Below are positions 29,426 through 42,439 of a stretch of DNA of 64,000 bases, piece by piece (within the stretch, counting starts at the first letter, position 1; each line of letters opens with the position of its first letter). The translations under genes were made by a program, and so were the position numbers. Under the pieces are notes generated by a model that made no database searches, was not told the origin of the DNA, and worked only from the letters and a program-made list of their open reading frames with translations. Source of the stretch: Azolla caroliniana (Eukaryota > Plantae > Polypodiophyta); NCBI GenBank assembly GCA_043228905.1, contig JBHGNT010000010.1:16492001-16556000 (forward strand). The letters run 5' to 3'.

Positions 29426-30203
29426 TTAGCTTCTATCCATATCAACTACTACTGCATTGTTTGACATGGTAGTAGATGGCATGTCAGTAGTGCTTATGTC
29501 ATGTAAGTCATTCACATTGGTTGAATGACCTTGATTTTGAGTAACTCTCTCAACCCACGTCATATTTCCATCTCTTGGTTCAGAGCCATAACCAATCTCT
29601 TCATTCATGAATAGTGGGGTCCGACATAATGGACACGTTACATTCGTCGACAACCATTTATCTATGCAATGCACATGAAAATAATGATTGCATGTCGGAA
29701 GTTTCTTTATCTTCTCGTCCAGTTGATAATCACCAAGGCACACTGCACACCTACATAAATACACTACATTTTGTCAGAAATGGATTAAAAAGTCCAACTA
29801 GGTATTTACCACTAGTTTAATGCTGCAAATTTCCAAAATAGAAAAACTTAAAAGAGATAAGCAAAGGCCAGTGCACAACTACAGACAATGTTTCGTCTCA
29901 AAGAGCGATTACAGTGGGGAATAAAGAGTGTTCACCACTTGGTAAGACTTGTGAAAAAACTTGACAATTACTGAATTTAAAACTTCGCAAAAAAATGTGC
30001 AATGCTCATCTACACAAATGCATTGTCTAAAGAGGCTACAAAGAAGGGATAAAGAGGTGACCAGGAATTTGCTACTTGTGAAGACCACAAAACACTTACA
30101 ATTTCCAAATGGCAAAAGAGATTGGCAAAAATAACCTTGCTCCAGAAATTAACACCACAATGCACATCCACATAAGAAAAAGGAGGATCTCAAGGGCACT
30201 TGC

Positions 30204-30284
<81 letters not shown>

Positions 30285-31643
30285 ACTAGATATTTACTAG
30301 TTGAATACTTCTAGATGATAAGATAGGCACACTATACATCTATATACAATGCATGTGTACAGGTACTACTTTCAGGGAGTGATAAAGAGGTGGGACTTGA
30401 TCACATATGAAACTAGCAAATATTTCCGATACCCAAATAGAAAAACTTAAAAGAGATAAGAAAAATGACCTTCCTCTACATTGGAAAACAACACTTGCAA
30501 GATTATTAAAACGTAAAAACACTTACTATTACTCAATAATTATCCTCCCTCTACACTTACAGAGATCCTTGAAAGCTCGAAGAAACTTCATCGTTGTAAG
30601 GCACGACAGGCAGGCTTTCCATAAATGATTTGCTGAGGCCACACTCTCGTGGTGGCACCGGTGTCTGAAGAGGGGATAAGAACACTGGTTTAGGAAGGAA
30701 TTCACAGCCAAATTTCATTAAAAAAAACTTGAAGCACGAATTAAGATGCAAAGTTAAAAATACAGATGGGTAAAAGAAACAAAAAAATGGAGGAAAGATA
30801 GGAATGCGGTCTTATCACAGCCACTAGGTTTCCCACAACGGATTGTAGGTAAGCATCCAAAATCAAAACAAAATTGGATAATTGAAATGAAAATGTTATC
30901 GGTAATAAAACTCGACGTAATTGAAATAAACATGGGCTTATGAGAGTAGGAATAAACCAATAAATTTGCTCTGCCTGTTGTGTCTTTCAACAGGACCAAG
31001 CGAGATAAAATACCCTGTGCTTTGAGAGAAAGAACATCAGGAGAAAGAAAACATAAAAACTAAAAAGAAGATACATTCACATTCTTCTCCTTGTTTGTTT
31101 TTGTTCTAGTTTCCTCTCTTCTATAGTTCTTTGAGTTTCACCAATCAACTAGAGATTACACCTTAAAATGTATGTCTCTGTTTAGGTCAAATTTGAGGGC
31201 AGGTCCGAGCTCATGCACGCGGATCCAACATGGGTTGGGCTTATATCTCAATTTTATTATGATCTTGATGATACGGTGTTTAAATCACTAATCCACAGAG
31301 TATCAATACAATCTATGATGGGGACAGCATGTCTAGAGAGAAAGGGTATTTAGTTACTTCTTACCATGGCAAAGGATTGCTGGTGGTGTCGCATCAATTG
31401 AGGTTGAGGTCGAAGACGAGCGCCGGATTGTTGAGTGCGCCTTCGGAAGCAGAGCATGCACAGGAGGGTGAGCAAGACAAGGGCAAAGATGAGGGGGGTA
31501 GCGAAGATGGTGGCTCGGTAGAGCCGGAGCTGGAGGCTCAATTCGCACCTGGCCCCACCCATCATAACTCCGCCCTTTGGACAATCCTTACCATCTTCAT
31601 TACTACTGCTACTGCTATTGTTGTTAGGGTTTCCCCCCAACAT
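29426..31643 (-). CDS. ATL-family RING-H2 E3 ubiquitin ligase (ATL7/ATL58-like), about 235 aa; exons 31643-31365, 30664-30561, 29750-29426
   Basis: TM segment (QLRLYRATIFATPLIFALVLLTLLCMLCFRRR), GLD-type motif (GLSKSFMESLPVV) and RING-H2 CAVCLGDY...LPTCNHYFHVHCIDKWL...TCPLCR; 708 nt in frame with GT-AG introns. Confidence 0.93.
30206..30280. repeat. (GA)n microsatellite in the ATL intron
   Basis: Seen directly. Confidence 0.95.
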
Positions 31644-32199
31644 CTTTTCCTTTCTGTTCCAGAAGCCAATAATGCCTTTGCCCTTTGGGTTTTTTTTTCC
31701 TCTGTTTTTCCTCTCTGCTGTTCTTAGAAGACTATAATCCCTTTTTGGGCCTTTGGTTTCTTTTCTTTTCGCTCTCTCTGCTTTCTTCCTCTCTTTGCTT
31801 TTGCCTAGCTTTTTTCTTTCCTCCTCTCTTTGCTTTTGCCTATTTGTTTTTTGCCTTGCTTTTTTGTTCTTGCTTTCCTCCTCTTGCTTTTGCCTCTCTT
31901 CTTTCTTCCTCCTCTTTTTCTCTGCTTCCCTTATACTTCCTTCCTTCCTTCTCTTTCTTCTATCGGTGTCTTTGTAACAGCTCCTGATGTCTTCAAGCTT
32001 CCATTTCTTTTTTGATTCTCTTCCGCGATGGTCTCTTTCTTCTGTGGGGTGTGGGTTTCAGAGGGTAGAGAGACACGAAGACACAGAAGCCCTTTGATTC
32101 ATTCAAAACCCTAAAATGCACTCACCATTCATCACCACCATCATCATCCTCACAGAACCCACATACATTTCCTACCTTGCCTGCCCACTCCCGATTGAT

Positions 32200-32580
32200 T
32201 CAATTCGATCGCGATTTGCAACATATTGGTATAGCAAAGGATTCTCGACCGATCGCAAACATATTGCTATGGCAAATGATTCTCGACCGATCGCAAACAT
32301 ATTGCTATGGCAAATGATTCTCGATCGATCGCAAACATATTGTTATCGCAAAGGATTCTCGATCGAATTGCTATGGCAAATGATTCTCGATCGATCGCAA
32401 ACATATTGCTATAGCAAAGGATTGTCACTCAATCGCAAACATATTGTTATCGCAAAGGATTCTTGATCGATCGCAACATATTGTTAGCAAAGGATTCTCG
32501 ATCAATCGCAACATATTGTTATAGCGAAGGATTCTTGATCTATTGCAAACATATTGTTATAGCAAATGATTCTCGAACAT
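32200..32580. repeat. Minisatellite with a unit of about 39 bp (gatcgcaaacatattgctatagcaaaggattctcgatc), about 9-10 copies
   Basis: Seen directly upstream of the ATL gene; junctions form CGATCG palindromes. Confidence 0.9.
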
Positions 32581-32716
32581 CGTGAGATAGAGACATACAA
32601 TTGTGACTCCATCTCGATCGGCATAAATGTTTTAGAAAAGCCCATCGAGATTCATCGTGTGTCAACTTGAGACCGATTTCATCACAACAATGTCCATCAA
32701 GTATAGAACTCTCCAA

Positions 32717-32776
<60 letters not shown>

Positions 32777-32781
<5 letters not shown>

Positions 32782-33711
32782 AAGATGTGGTTGATAATGA
32801 ATCTCAAAGGTTGTCGGATTTTGACGATGCCAAGAGATGGTTATGTATCCCCCCAAATTATGGATTTATTTGGGAGAAATTACATGATATACCATTGTTG
32901 CAAGGATTTTTGCCATTGAAAACCAATTTTGCACCTTGGGTAGATTGGCGGTTACAAGATGGTACACGCTTATTACAGATCACTGCAAATATATTGTATC
33001 ATCATGCGATGACATCATTATCTTGGCTAATTTCCTAAAGCAACAAAGGTGTGGAATGTATATAAGTCAGATGCAAGGTGGTGGAAAATATTACAATGTG
33101 GTTGGCATTCTCATCTACCATTTCGTGCAAAGGTATTCATATGGAGAGTCATGATTGGTGGGCTCCCATTAGGTTCGGCCTTAAAGAGACGAGGACTAGG
33201 GTCTGGCACTTGTTTCTTTTGCACCGTTCCATTGGAGGATAGTACACATAGGTTCATTAAATGTCCTATAGCATGTACCATTTGGAAGTACTTATCAGAC
33301 ATTTGGCAAGCTTTAACCTGTTGTTGTTTCAGACCTCAACAATGGGTTTTTTCTCAATATGTTCAAAGTGGATCAAATGATGAGATGGAGATATTGTTCC
33401 AATTTTTACGTTATTGGGGTCTACAACACAATTGGAATATGCGTAATGCTTTCATGTTTGATAATAGACATGGGGTGAAAGCCTATATAAAGAAGCTTAA
33501 AGGTATTCTCATGTGGAATTTTTGGATGTTAGAGCATGTGGGGATCATTTCCTCAAATGCATATTCAGGTTTTTTAGTAGCATTACAGAATGTCCCTCTC
33601 CCTACATAGGCATATGATAGGTAGAGGAGACTAAGAAGTGTTGTAACTAAGTGGATTTTACATACAATTAATATAATTGTGTGCTTTTACCAAAAAAAAA
33701 AAAAAAACAAA
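32777..33711 (+). mobile_element. 5'-truncated L1-type LINE (zf-RVT C-terminus) with poly(A) tail, inserted in a (GA)n tract
   Basis: ORF 33049-33609 reads WHSHLPFRAKVFIWR...GLP...CFFC...EDSTHRFIKCPIACTIW...WNMRNAFMF. Poly(A) lies at 33692-33707, with (GA)n on both flanks. Confidence 0.88.
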
Positions 33712-34800
33712 GAGAGAGAGAGAGAGAGTGTGTGTCAACTTGCACCCATCACTCTATTGCCCATGAAAGAAAGGAAAAAGGATTGGGTGTCCACACTTTC
33801 GATCAAATCTTGACTGATGTCTCAGAAACCACATCTCGTGCTACATTTTAAGTGCTTTATGTGACGATTTTAAAACATTGTTGCGAGCTTGTTTCGTGTT
33901 GTGTAGTTTGGTTCCTTTCTTACTCTTGAGCCACTCAATATCCAAAACTTCGGGCTTTCCATGAGGATTAAGGATTTTAAGAGCATTACGTAATCGAAAA
34001 TCTCTCTTTGTTTTACATCAAAAGCAAAAAAACTTCCCTTTCTAATCCACTTTCCTCCTCTATATCCTAATTTTATTGCATGTCAAACTAGGATTAGGAA
34101 CATTTTCCTTTCATGTTCCATCACTATGATAAGAGTTACGACTTTCATATTCTCTTAATTTCTTGCATTTTCTTTTTCTGGCCATTTATGTATGACAACT
34201 GGACAGATAGGTTGTCCCAATGTCCCTACATTTTAGAAGTTGTTTATTGTGTATACTTATCATCATGGTGATAATTTGAATCTAATTTGAAATGTAGTGA
34301 TAAGGTGAAAGATTTCTATTTTGTGTGTATGTGGTTCAGTTGGTCTTCGAAATAAATGTACCATGGGGAGTTTACTCGGCCTACGTAATTCCAATGTTGT
34401 GTGTATGTTGTGTTTAGTTGACCTTTTAACCGCATGTACCATAGGAAATTTACTGAGGTGTAGGTAATCTCTATCCCCAAACCATGATAAAGTTCTTCCC
34501 GTAGTACACTTAAGAGATAATTTCATTGTGATTTGGGTATGCAAAATTATTTCCATGCCACACTGAGTTTGTGAATTTGCTTTTTGCAACCTAATACATA
34601 ATCTACTTAATAAAAAGGTTAAACATATGATTGTTGAACTATAAGATTTTATGTTTTTTAGGAACCATTCACTTTATGAGATTATCTAGTAGTCTCCATA
34701 TTATGGAGTTGTATTATCTTTGTTATCATTGCCTAGTGCCATGAGTAAATAAATGGAAGTGTGTCTCTTGTTATTGGTGGGATGATGATCAATCGTATGG

Positions 34801-34920
34801 GTGGCTTGAGTGCTTAGATGTTTTCAATTATATTGAATCAAGAATGAGAAGGGAGGAATTGTGGCTTCAGTGCTTAGATGTTTTCAATTATATTGAATCA
34901 AGAATGAGAAGGGAGGAATT
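34801..34920. repeat. Near-perfect 60-bp tandem duplication
   Basis: 34801-34860 and 34861-34920 differ at one position. Confidence 0.95.
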
Positions 34921-36728
34921 GTTTTGGTCGTGGGTTATAACTTCTTCTTCTTCTTCTTTTCCTTATTTTTTTATACTACTTTAGTATTTTTTTATCTTTG
35001 GCTCGCCCGAAGGCTACAACTCACACGAAGTCATGTTTTATTAGCAGTACATAGTCCATCAAGGGGTGTACCGAATGGTACGAGTGAGATACATGCACAG
35101 GATGACCTCTAGGATATGATGAGACTCGCACCACGTTCCATCATGCAACTTGTAGACAGGCTACATTTTACCTTCTTCATCGTCGAAACTGTCATTGTTG
35201 TCACCGTCACCATCTTCGTCGTCGTCACTTACGGGCACAAACCGCCCTTTACTGTCACCATTTTGCGTCGTCGCCACTATCTTCGTCGTCGTCACTTATG
35301 GGCACAAACCACCCTTTTTAGGTACCACATGTATGTTGGTGTGGGGAGACTCGAACTATCGATACATTCTTGGAAGAAATGTAACCTCATTTAGATTATT
35401 AACACCAAATTTCCTAAAACAATGCATTTGTTTGTCACAAAGGAAAGTTGACAAAACAACTTAGAATGGTCTCATATGCACACCTCCCGCAATTAACTCA
35501 AGCTAAAGAAAATTTGGGAATTCCTTCTCACTCCTCTCTTGTCAAAGCTATCTATTATTCAACACCTCAAACATTTCCTCTAAGGGTGAGAATTATGAAG
35601 AGTAATATTCAATTCCTTACAATATATGTGAAATTCCTACAAACATTTCATCCAAGGGGTGATAGAGCTATACAAAGTTATTGACTTACCATAGTGCCCA
35701 ATTGGAATAGTTTTTCTAGTCATCATTAATAAAATTGAATCCATTTCCTCAATTAATGAAGAGAAAATCAATGCTTGTGAAGCATTTTTTACTACATCTA
35801 AACACTAGGGAATGTAAACAAGAATGGTAAACTATAAACAGGCACAATAAATGGGTATCAAATTTCCAACGGAAACTTATACATAATAGAATTATGTAAT
35901 AGTGGCAAAAAATATCTTAATTAATGAAGAGATGCAATATTGTTTTAGAATTTTTGCATCGAATGCTAGTAATTCTTCGTTTTGTGAACGAGTTCCTTTT
36001 GGGGATTTTTTTATAGGGAACATAGTCTCAACGATCCTGAAGCAGATTGTGGTTGGGCTAACCAACATCCCAAGGACAAGGTTCGAAACAAGACACTATT
36101 TGAAACGACGTTCAAAGAAGAAACTCTTGAAATATGACAAGTTCATTCATTCATGTTTGAACGTCTGAAAAATGTATCTTGTTAAAAACCTTATAGGCGA
36201 GAAAAAAAACTCCCAAGACAAAGCTCACAGAAATAAACTAACACCATCACTTGGATACTTCTACATAGAAGATTTGAATAGAACACTTGGAAGTTTAGAT
36301 GAATTATGATACCAAAAATGCAAGTATGAAGGCTACAAATCAGTCAAATAATTTTGATGTGAAAGCTGTACTGTTGGAAGATAGATCCTAAACATGGTTA
36401 ATATATTATACTGTATTAACAAGAATTTGTAGTGTAAGTTATGTGCAAAACTCATTGTTGTATTGCAATGTATAGAGATGTTGCACCAGTACACTCATAA
36501 CTTACTTTTCCTCTATCCTACTAGTAAAGCAAGAATAAGTTGCCCAATTAGGAAACATACACAGGTAAACAACCCAGAATTGTAAGTGTGCTTGTGATGA
36601 CACTAAGTTCGAACGACTGAAACAATGGACATGAAAAACATAATCATTACAAAATTCATGGCGACCCCCAAGCTTTCCTCTGTATGAGTAAATGGTCTTT
36701 TTAAATGAAACAAAGCAGTGAGGCTGCT

Positions 36729-39700
36729 TTAGCCTCTCCTTTCTCTTCTTGGAAGCCCCATTCTAGCTTTGGCATACCTGTCATATTGTCAATGGTCACG
36801 GTTTGAAATCAAAACCTCGCATTCATTAATTTCTAAGAAGAATTCAGTATGAGATGACTATAATAAATATCAGGAGGGAAAAGTAAATATACTCTAATCG
36901 CATCCCTCCACGGTCTGAAGAAGGTAGCATGTAATTTTGTAGCTGTGACAACGCTTGAGTTGAGCAAGCTTCGTCCTAGAGAACAAGCATAACATAAAGA
37001 TTGTCAGCAAAGATAACATTTAAGTGAGTATTAGTTTGCATGTATACATAAAGCACACACATTCCCATTAGATGTTTAATTTTAAAAGAAGCCCTATATT
37101 GTAGGCAAAAAACACGTACTTGCACATTGAGACAAAAACGAGAAAATATTCCCATCAAATGCTCTCTTATTCTTATAATTAAGAGAATGGAGAAAACATG
37201 AAAAAATGCCTCCATAACTCGTTGAATATTTACCAGGATCTGTTTTCATAAATCACTAGAATAGCCCCATAATAAAACAGTTATTACTACATTAGAATAT
37301 TGTAGTAATGTTTTTCGAGCTTATGAGTTTTGTAGTAAACTTGTGTACAATATATAGCAGTATTATAGAAATTTTTGAAACCTTAGGGATCTCCTGGCAA
37401 ACATTCAGCAAGTTATAAGGTATTTTTGGTGTTTTGCTCTAAGAGAATCCAACGAATTAAAAAAAAACATTTCATTACAGCAAAGTCAACAAATGCAACA
37501 GGTAGCCCAGCCTTTGTTTGCATCTTTAGCTTAATAAATCCTGGAAAGCTGCCAATGTGAAAAATATGCCACTCATATCAAAAGATAATCTAAAATAGGC
37601 AAAGTTTAACCTGGCGTTCCAGGTAAAAAAATGTGGACTAGTTTGTAATAATACTTACCTCGAAAGCACATGATACATTTCAGCTTCAGTACAACTAAGG
37701 CCAAGATTTGCAATAAAGAGTGTTGAGCATGGTGGGTTACTCCCCGGAGATGGAAGAGGTGCAGGTGGCAAAAGGGAGGAACCCTAAAATTCCAAATGGA
37801 AGGTCATGCCCACTTAAACAATATATTTTTTCTAGACCAGAATTAAAAAATAATAATAACCAAAATGACCCTTCATTATTTTGGCATGATTCCCAAAATG
37901 CTACTCTTCAGTTTCAGTTAAATCCTAAAATGCCACATATTTTGAGATACATATAGCCTTCCCATGCTTAAATTACTAATATAACGCAAACAACAACAAT
38001 AATATCTACTACCAAGATTAGTATACCAACTTGTTTTTTGCTTTAAATTCCTATTTATCTTTGCAGGTTTTCTTCCATCTGAATAATCCAATTGTTATTG
38101 TAATATGATTCTTATTGATAGTTTAATCTCTATGAATCTCAAATATGTGGCATTTTGCGAAAATTAGACAGAATTTATACCAAACTGAAGTGGTACTATG
38201 GAATTTGCCAAAGCAAACAACACTTATAAAGATAAGAAGATTCTTTCACATACCATCATCATGCTGGAGATGTTGTCATGAACACTGTATGGAGGAGGCA
38301 CACTGCTACATATACATGAAGAGAGTATATTAGAATTTAGAACCCAAAGATGCATGTGGAAATTAAATTTGTGTCTTTGCTTCATGTGCTTAGACCATCA
38401 TCTTTTCCTTAAGATTTCGGAAAGTGGCGTTTAATAGTAAAATTACTCAAAATCTTTGTTTGCTTGTTCGACTTCCAAACAGTGAAACAACAAGCAAAAA
38501 GAACCCTTCTTCAGGAAGTGTGCATTAACCTCTGTGTGGGTGGATAACCACTCAAGTCGTTGTAAACGGAGTGCCCATATCCAGACAAGTGCATAGTGCC
38601 GCCAACCCCTGTGAGTGTGCAATGTGCCAATATGTGAATTGTTCCTAATCAATTCGAATGAAGAAAAACAAAACACATCTTTTTCAAGATATTTTTATCT
38701 TTTAAATCGGCTTTTAGCTATACACTTGCACGAAGTTGTAGGGAATCTCCAACTAGAAGAACAATTGCAAGCAAGATTGTGCATATATTGCAGTGTGCAC
38801 ACCAACATACCATGATCTCCAACCGAATGTGACAGTCCCTTTGGTCCTCTAGATTTCTTTTCCATTGAAAAAAATGCTCCCTCGTCTATTGTGATAAAGA
38901 ACACATTATTAGAAATCCTTGCATAATGCAAACTTCAACAAAAAAAAAATCTTCCCGATCTAAATACATTACCAGTTTTCTTATTTTAGGTCTCACATTC
39001 AATGATATTGACATTATTTGGCTTACTTATTTTCATAAAGAAAGCTTTAAAGAGTTTGATGCATCTAAAATTTCAGTGCAGCTGTCTAAATGTTCTTTTA
39101 TTTTCTGTATCCTTTCATAATACTGAGCACAAATCATGGCAAGCATTACCTCCTCTGTGACGCTTTGCTCTCGAATTTGCCCTAGCAAGCTCTATGTGTA
39201 GGGTTGTTGATAAGTCGGGATCAAATTTTGTCTCCTGACATCATGGAATAGTATATTATAGCTCTTTCAATTAACTTCATTTATCACTAGTTTAAGATGG
39301 AAATGCATAGCCATCACTCACATTTAAGGCATCCTTAGCAGTTAATGCTGATTGTTGGTCTTCGAAAACTGCAAATGCAACAATCTGCAATGACAAGTTC
39401 CACAAAGATTTGGATATCTTATCGCTGTACACTATAGAAACAAAAAATGTAATGCCAAAACTACACCATAAAATTCTTGAGGTTGCTCCTGAGACAGTAG
39501 AGATCTACTTTTTTCGAAAGGGCAGAAATTTAGGCCATCAAACGTCTATTTCTCTATATAATTGACATGGTATGGCTGTAATAGGACATTTGGCCTTTCC
39601 ATATATGCTTATTTCTCTCTCTTATTCATATGATATGGTCGTTACTTTGGTATCCTTGGGTAATCGTCTTCTTGCAGAAGTTTATATGACCTCTCACTCT

Positions 39701-39899
39701 CACTCTCACTCTCACTCTCTCTCTCTCTGAGTACCTGGTAACCACGTCCTGTGTACTTGAGCTGACATGACTCATAGCCACTGTAGCTCCGGAAAAGGTT
39801 GTAGATCTCGCGTTCCTTCACATCATCAGGAAGACCGGAGATGAACAGTGTCCTCACCTCATCTTTTGAGATCGAGTCCTGCTGCTGCTGTTCTCCCAT
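36729..39899 (-). CDS. Two-RRM RNA-binding protein of the RBPMS/couch potato/scw1-like family, about 281 aa; exons 39899-39735, 39384-39322, 39234-39150, 38885-38811, 38608-38530, 38305-38254, 37783-37659, 37548-37479, 36975-36893, 36777-36729
   Basis: RRM1 DEVRTLFISGLPDDVKEREIYNLF...IVAFAVF...FDPD...TLHIELARANSR; RRM2 NPPCSTLFIANLG...FPGF...PVAFVDF...GGMRLEYAKARMG. Exons total 846 nt in frame, all introns GT-AG. Confidence 0.93.
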
Positions 39900-40291
39900 C
39901 GTTTCTCCGTTCCTCTGCCCGTCTTCCTCTCCGTCTTCGTCTTCCTCTCTGTCTGCCTTCCTTCCTCCTCTCTCTGTCTCCGTCTCCGTCTCCGTCTCTG
40001 TCTCTGTCTCTGTCTCCGTCTTCGCTGTGTTTCTGTTTCTGTTTCTGTTTCTTCGTTTCTTCGTTTCTTTGTTTCTTTTCCTGAATCTCTGTGTGTTTCT
40101 TTTGTTCCCTTCTTTGTTCTTTTTGGGCAGTTTATCCAAATTACACCCATACCCCTCCTTGTCCTTGTACTACTCTCATCTTTCATAAATCCCAAAAAAT
40201 GCCCTCCTCCACCAATGTCAAACATTTCCATGTGTCTTTATTATTTTAAGTGACCCACCCCACCTTCCATGTAATTGTGAATACATGTCAA

Positions 40292-40332
<41 letters not shown>

Positions 40333-40599
40333 AGAGAACTCCGCAAGGTCACATATCATCATATTTGCCATTTGAATTGGTGTGTAGGGTGGCATTGAGT
40401 TTGGTGTCGTAGTTTTCTTTAGATCCCTAGATAGAAGGGGTTCTATAGTTTGTTGTAAGTTAGTCATGGTGGTGTTTTTTCTTTGGTAATGAAAGCCATT
40501 ATTTACGACAAAAAAGAGAAAGAGAGAGCAAGAGGTCATGGGTTCAACCCCTACGTTCCACAGCTTTAAGTGACCCTCCCCACCTTCCATGTAATTGTG

Positions 40600-40659
<60 letters not shown>

Positions 40660-40839
40660 AAGAGGTCATGGGTTCAACCCCTACGTTCCACAGCGGCATG
40701 TAGTGAATTAAGAGATATGTATGAAGTAACAAAGAGGTGAGAAAATTGGGTTTCGAATCCAACATGTAGTGCTCGTAGTGTAACAACTTACCGTTGGGGT
40801 AAGCTAATTATGATACGAGAGAGAGAGAGAGAGAGAGAG

Positions 40840-42037
40840 TCTTCTAAGGCCAAATTTAGCCCATGAGACAATTGGTTTACAACAAAATGGGATAGTTACC
40901 CATTCATCAAAAGTAAAAATATAATAAAATAAAAATAGAGCTTAAGCTAAATAGTTCTAGTAAAATAACAAACATGTTCTGCAATGAAATGGCTTTATAC
41001 TATGCCTAGTTTCCTCTCCATCCAAGTCTCTTGAAAAGTAACGGGAGGTCAAAGGGTTTCGATTTGGATGTGCCCCCCCATGGTCCCAATGTAGAAGGTA
41101 CCCCAACCATAGCTTCTAGTTGGCGTAGCTCACATTCCCTTATCTTCTTAATCGTTTCTACTCCACGTCAAGTTGGTTTGAAGCCCAAAATCCAAGGGTG
41201 TTTGGTTGTTCTTTGCATTTTTGCTTCCTCAAGAGAGAGGCCGGGTAGCGTAAGTGTATCCACATTCATCGTCTACCCTTGTTCCTGAAAAATTACACTA
41301 CTTGCAAGTTGATGAATATTAAAAGGGTTATGGTTAACACTTTGCAGCTTATTCTCCCTATGTTGTTTTAGCTCTAAGATATACCTACCTAGTTTCTTTA
41401 TATCCGGGGTATCTAATAGTTTGGAGAGGGTGGGAGAGGGTCCTAATATGTCTTGGTATTCCACCCTTATCTCGGCATAGGTTGGGCACTTGCATGTAAA
41501 GTGATACTCATCCTCTATCTCTATGTGACATAATCTACATAGCCTTTCCTCTCTAGGGACTCTATTAGCCCGACCATTCTCAATCTCAAGTTGGTGAGAT
41601 GATATCCTAAGTTGTCCAATGGCCACCCTTAGTGCATTTGATAAGAATGTATCTAGATATCTTGGTCGTGTAATAAAACCTAACTTAGAGAAGTGCAAGA
41701 AGTGTTCCTTATAGTACAACATTTTAGATGGGAGTGGCTCTCATGGGTTGATCCATGTATATCGGGTGTAAGTTTGCCATATTTCTTGGCGTATTACTTT
41801 ATCACGGTCTTCACGAGATATTAAAATTTGATCAATCCCATGGTTGTACTTAAGGAGAGGTAGGTTATTAATGTCTATGCCATTTGCAAGTAACCAACTC
41901 ACTACAATGTTATACCAAGAGCTCGTGTCTCCAGACACATATAGGGATCGGGATGCCTCAAAGGCTCGACAAGAGATTCTATCTTGTGGTTGGCTATGTA
42001 TTTGATGAATAAAAACTACCACTTGGAAGAGTGTTTC

Positions 42038-42038
<1 letters not shown>
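40840..42038 (-). mobile_element. 5'-truncated LINE (RTEX/CR1-group-like C-terminal Cys/His motif) flanked by (GA)n tracts
   Basis: ORFs 41741-42022 and 41273-41722 include QLRISSHQLEIENGR...REERLCRLCHIEIEDEYHFTCKCPTY. Both flanks begin acgagagag (40815 and 42039). Confidence 0.88.
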
Positions 42039-42108
<70 letters not shown>

Positions 42109-42439
42109 GATAGAGAGAGAGAGGGAGAGAGAGCCTACATCAAATGGATGATCTTACGGAAGGATTGGTGTATATTGTGGACTTTAAAAGGGTTCGATTG
42201 AAGACTCAACGGAGTCGTGGCTCCTCTCACCAAGGGGCAACATAACAAAAGGAAAGGAAAGGAATGACAGACAAGCACAATATGGGACCAAAAAATATCA
42301 ACGTTTTCATGGACATGCAACTCTCAATGTTCAACAACTTTACTAATGAATATCACAATTGAGTGTATACATAGTGATTGTGTGTGTATGTTTGAGTGAG
42401 AGAGGGAAAGATTCAAAGTTACAAAGCATTAACAATTTT

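Noticed and set aside
31685-32015. Hydrophobic Phe/Leu-rich ORFs resembling membrane proteins
   Set aside because: Pyrimidine-rich low-complexity strand opposite the ATL 5' UTR.
32200-32580. Repeats of about 39 bp as a possible CRISPR array
   Set aside because: Head-to-tail minisatellite without variable spacers.
39900-40231. N-terminal extension of the RRM ORF (MDKLPKK...ETETET)
   Set aside because: It begins at a TTG and consists of microsatellite-derived 5' UTR; the first in-frame ATG is at 39899.
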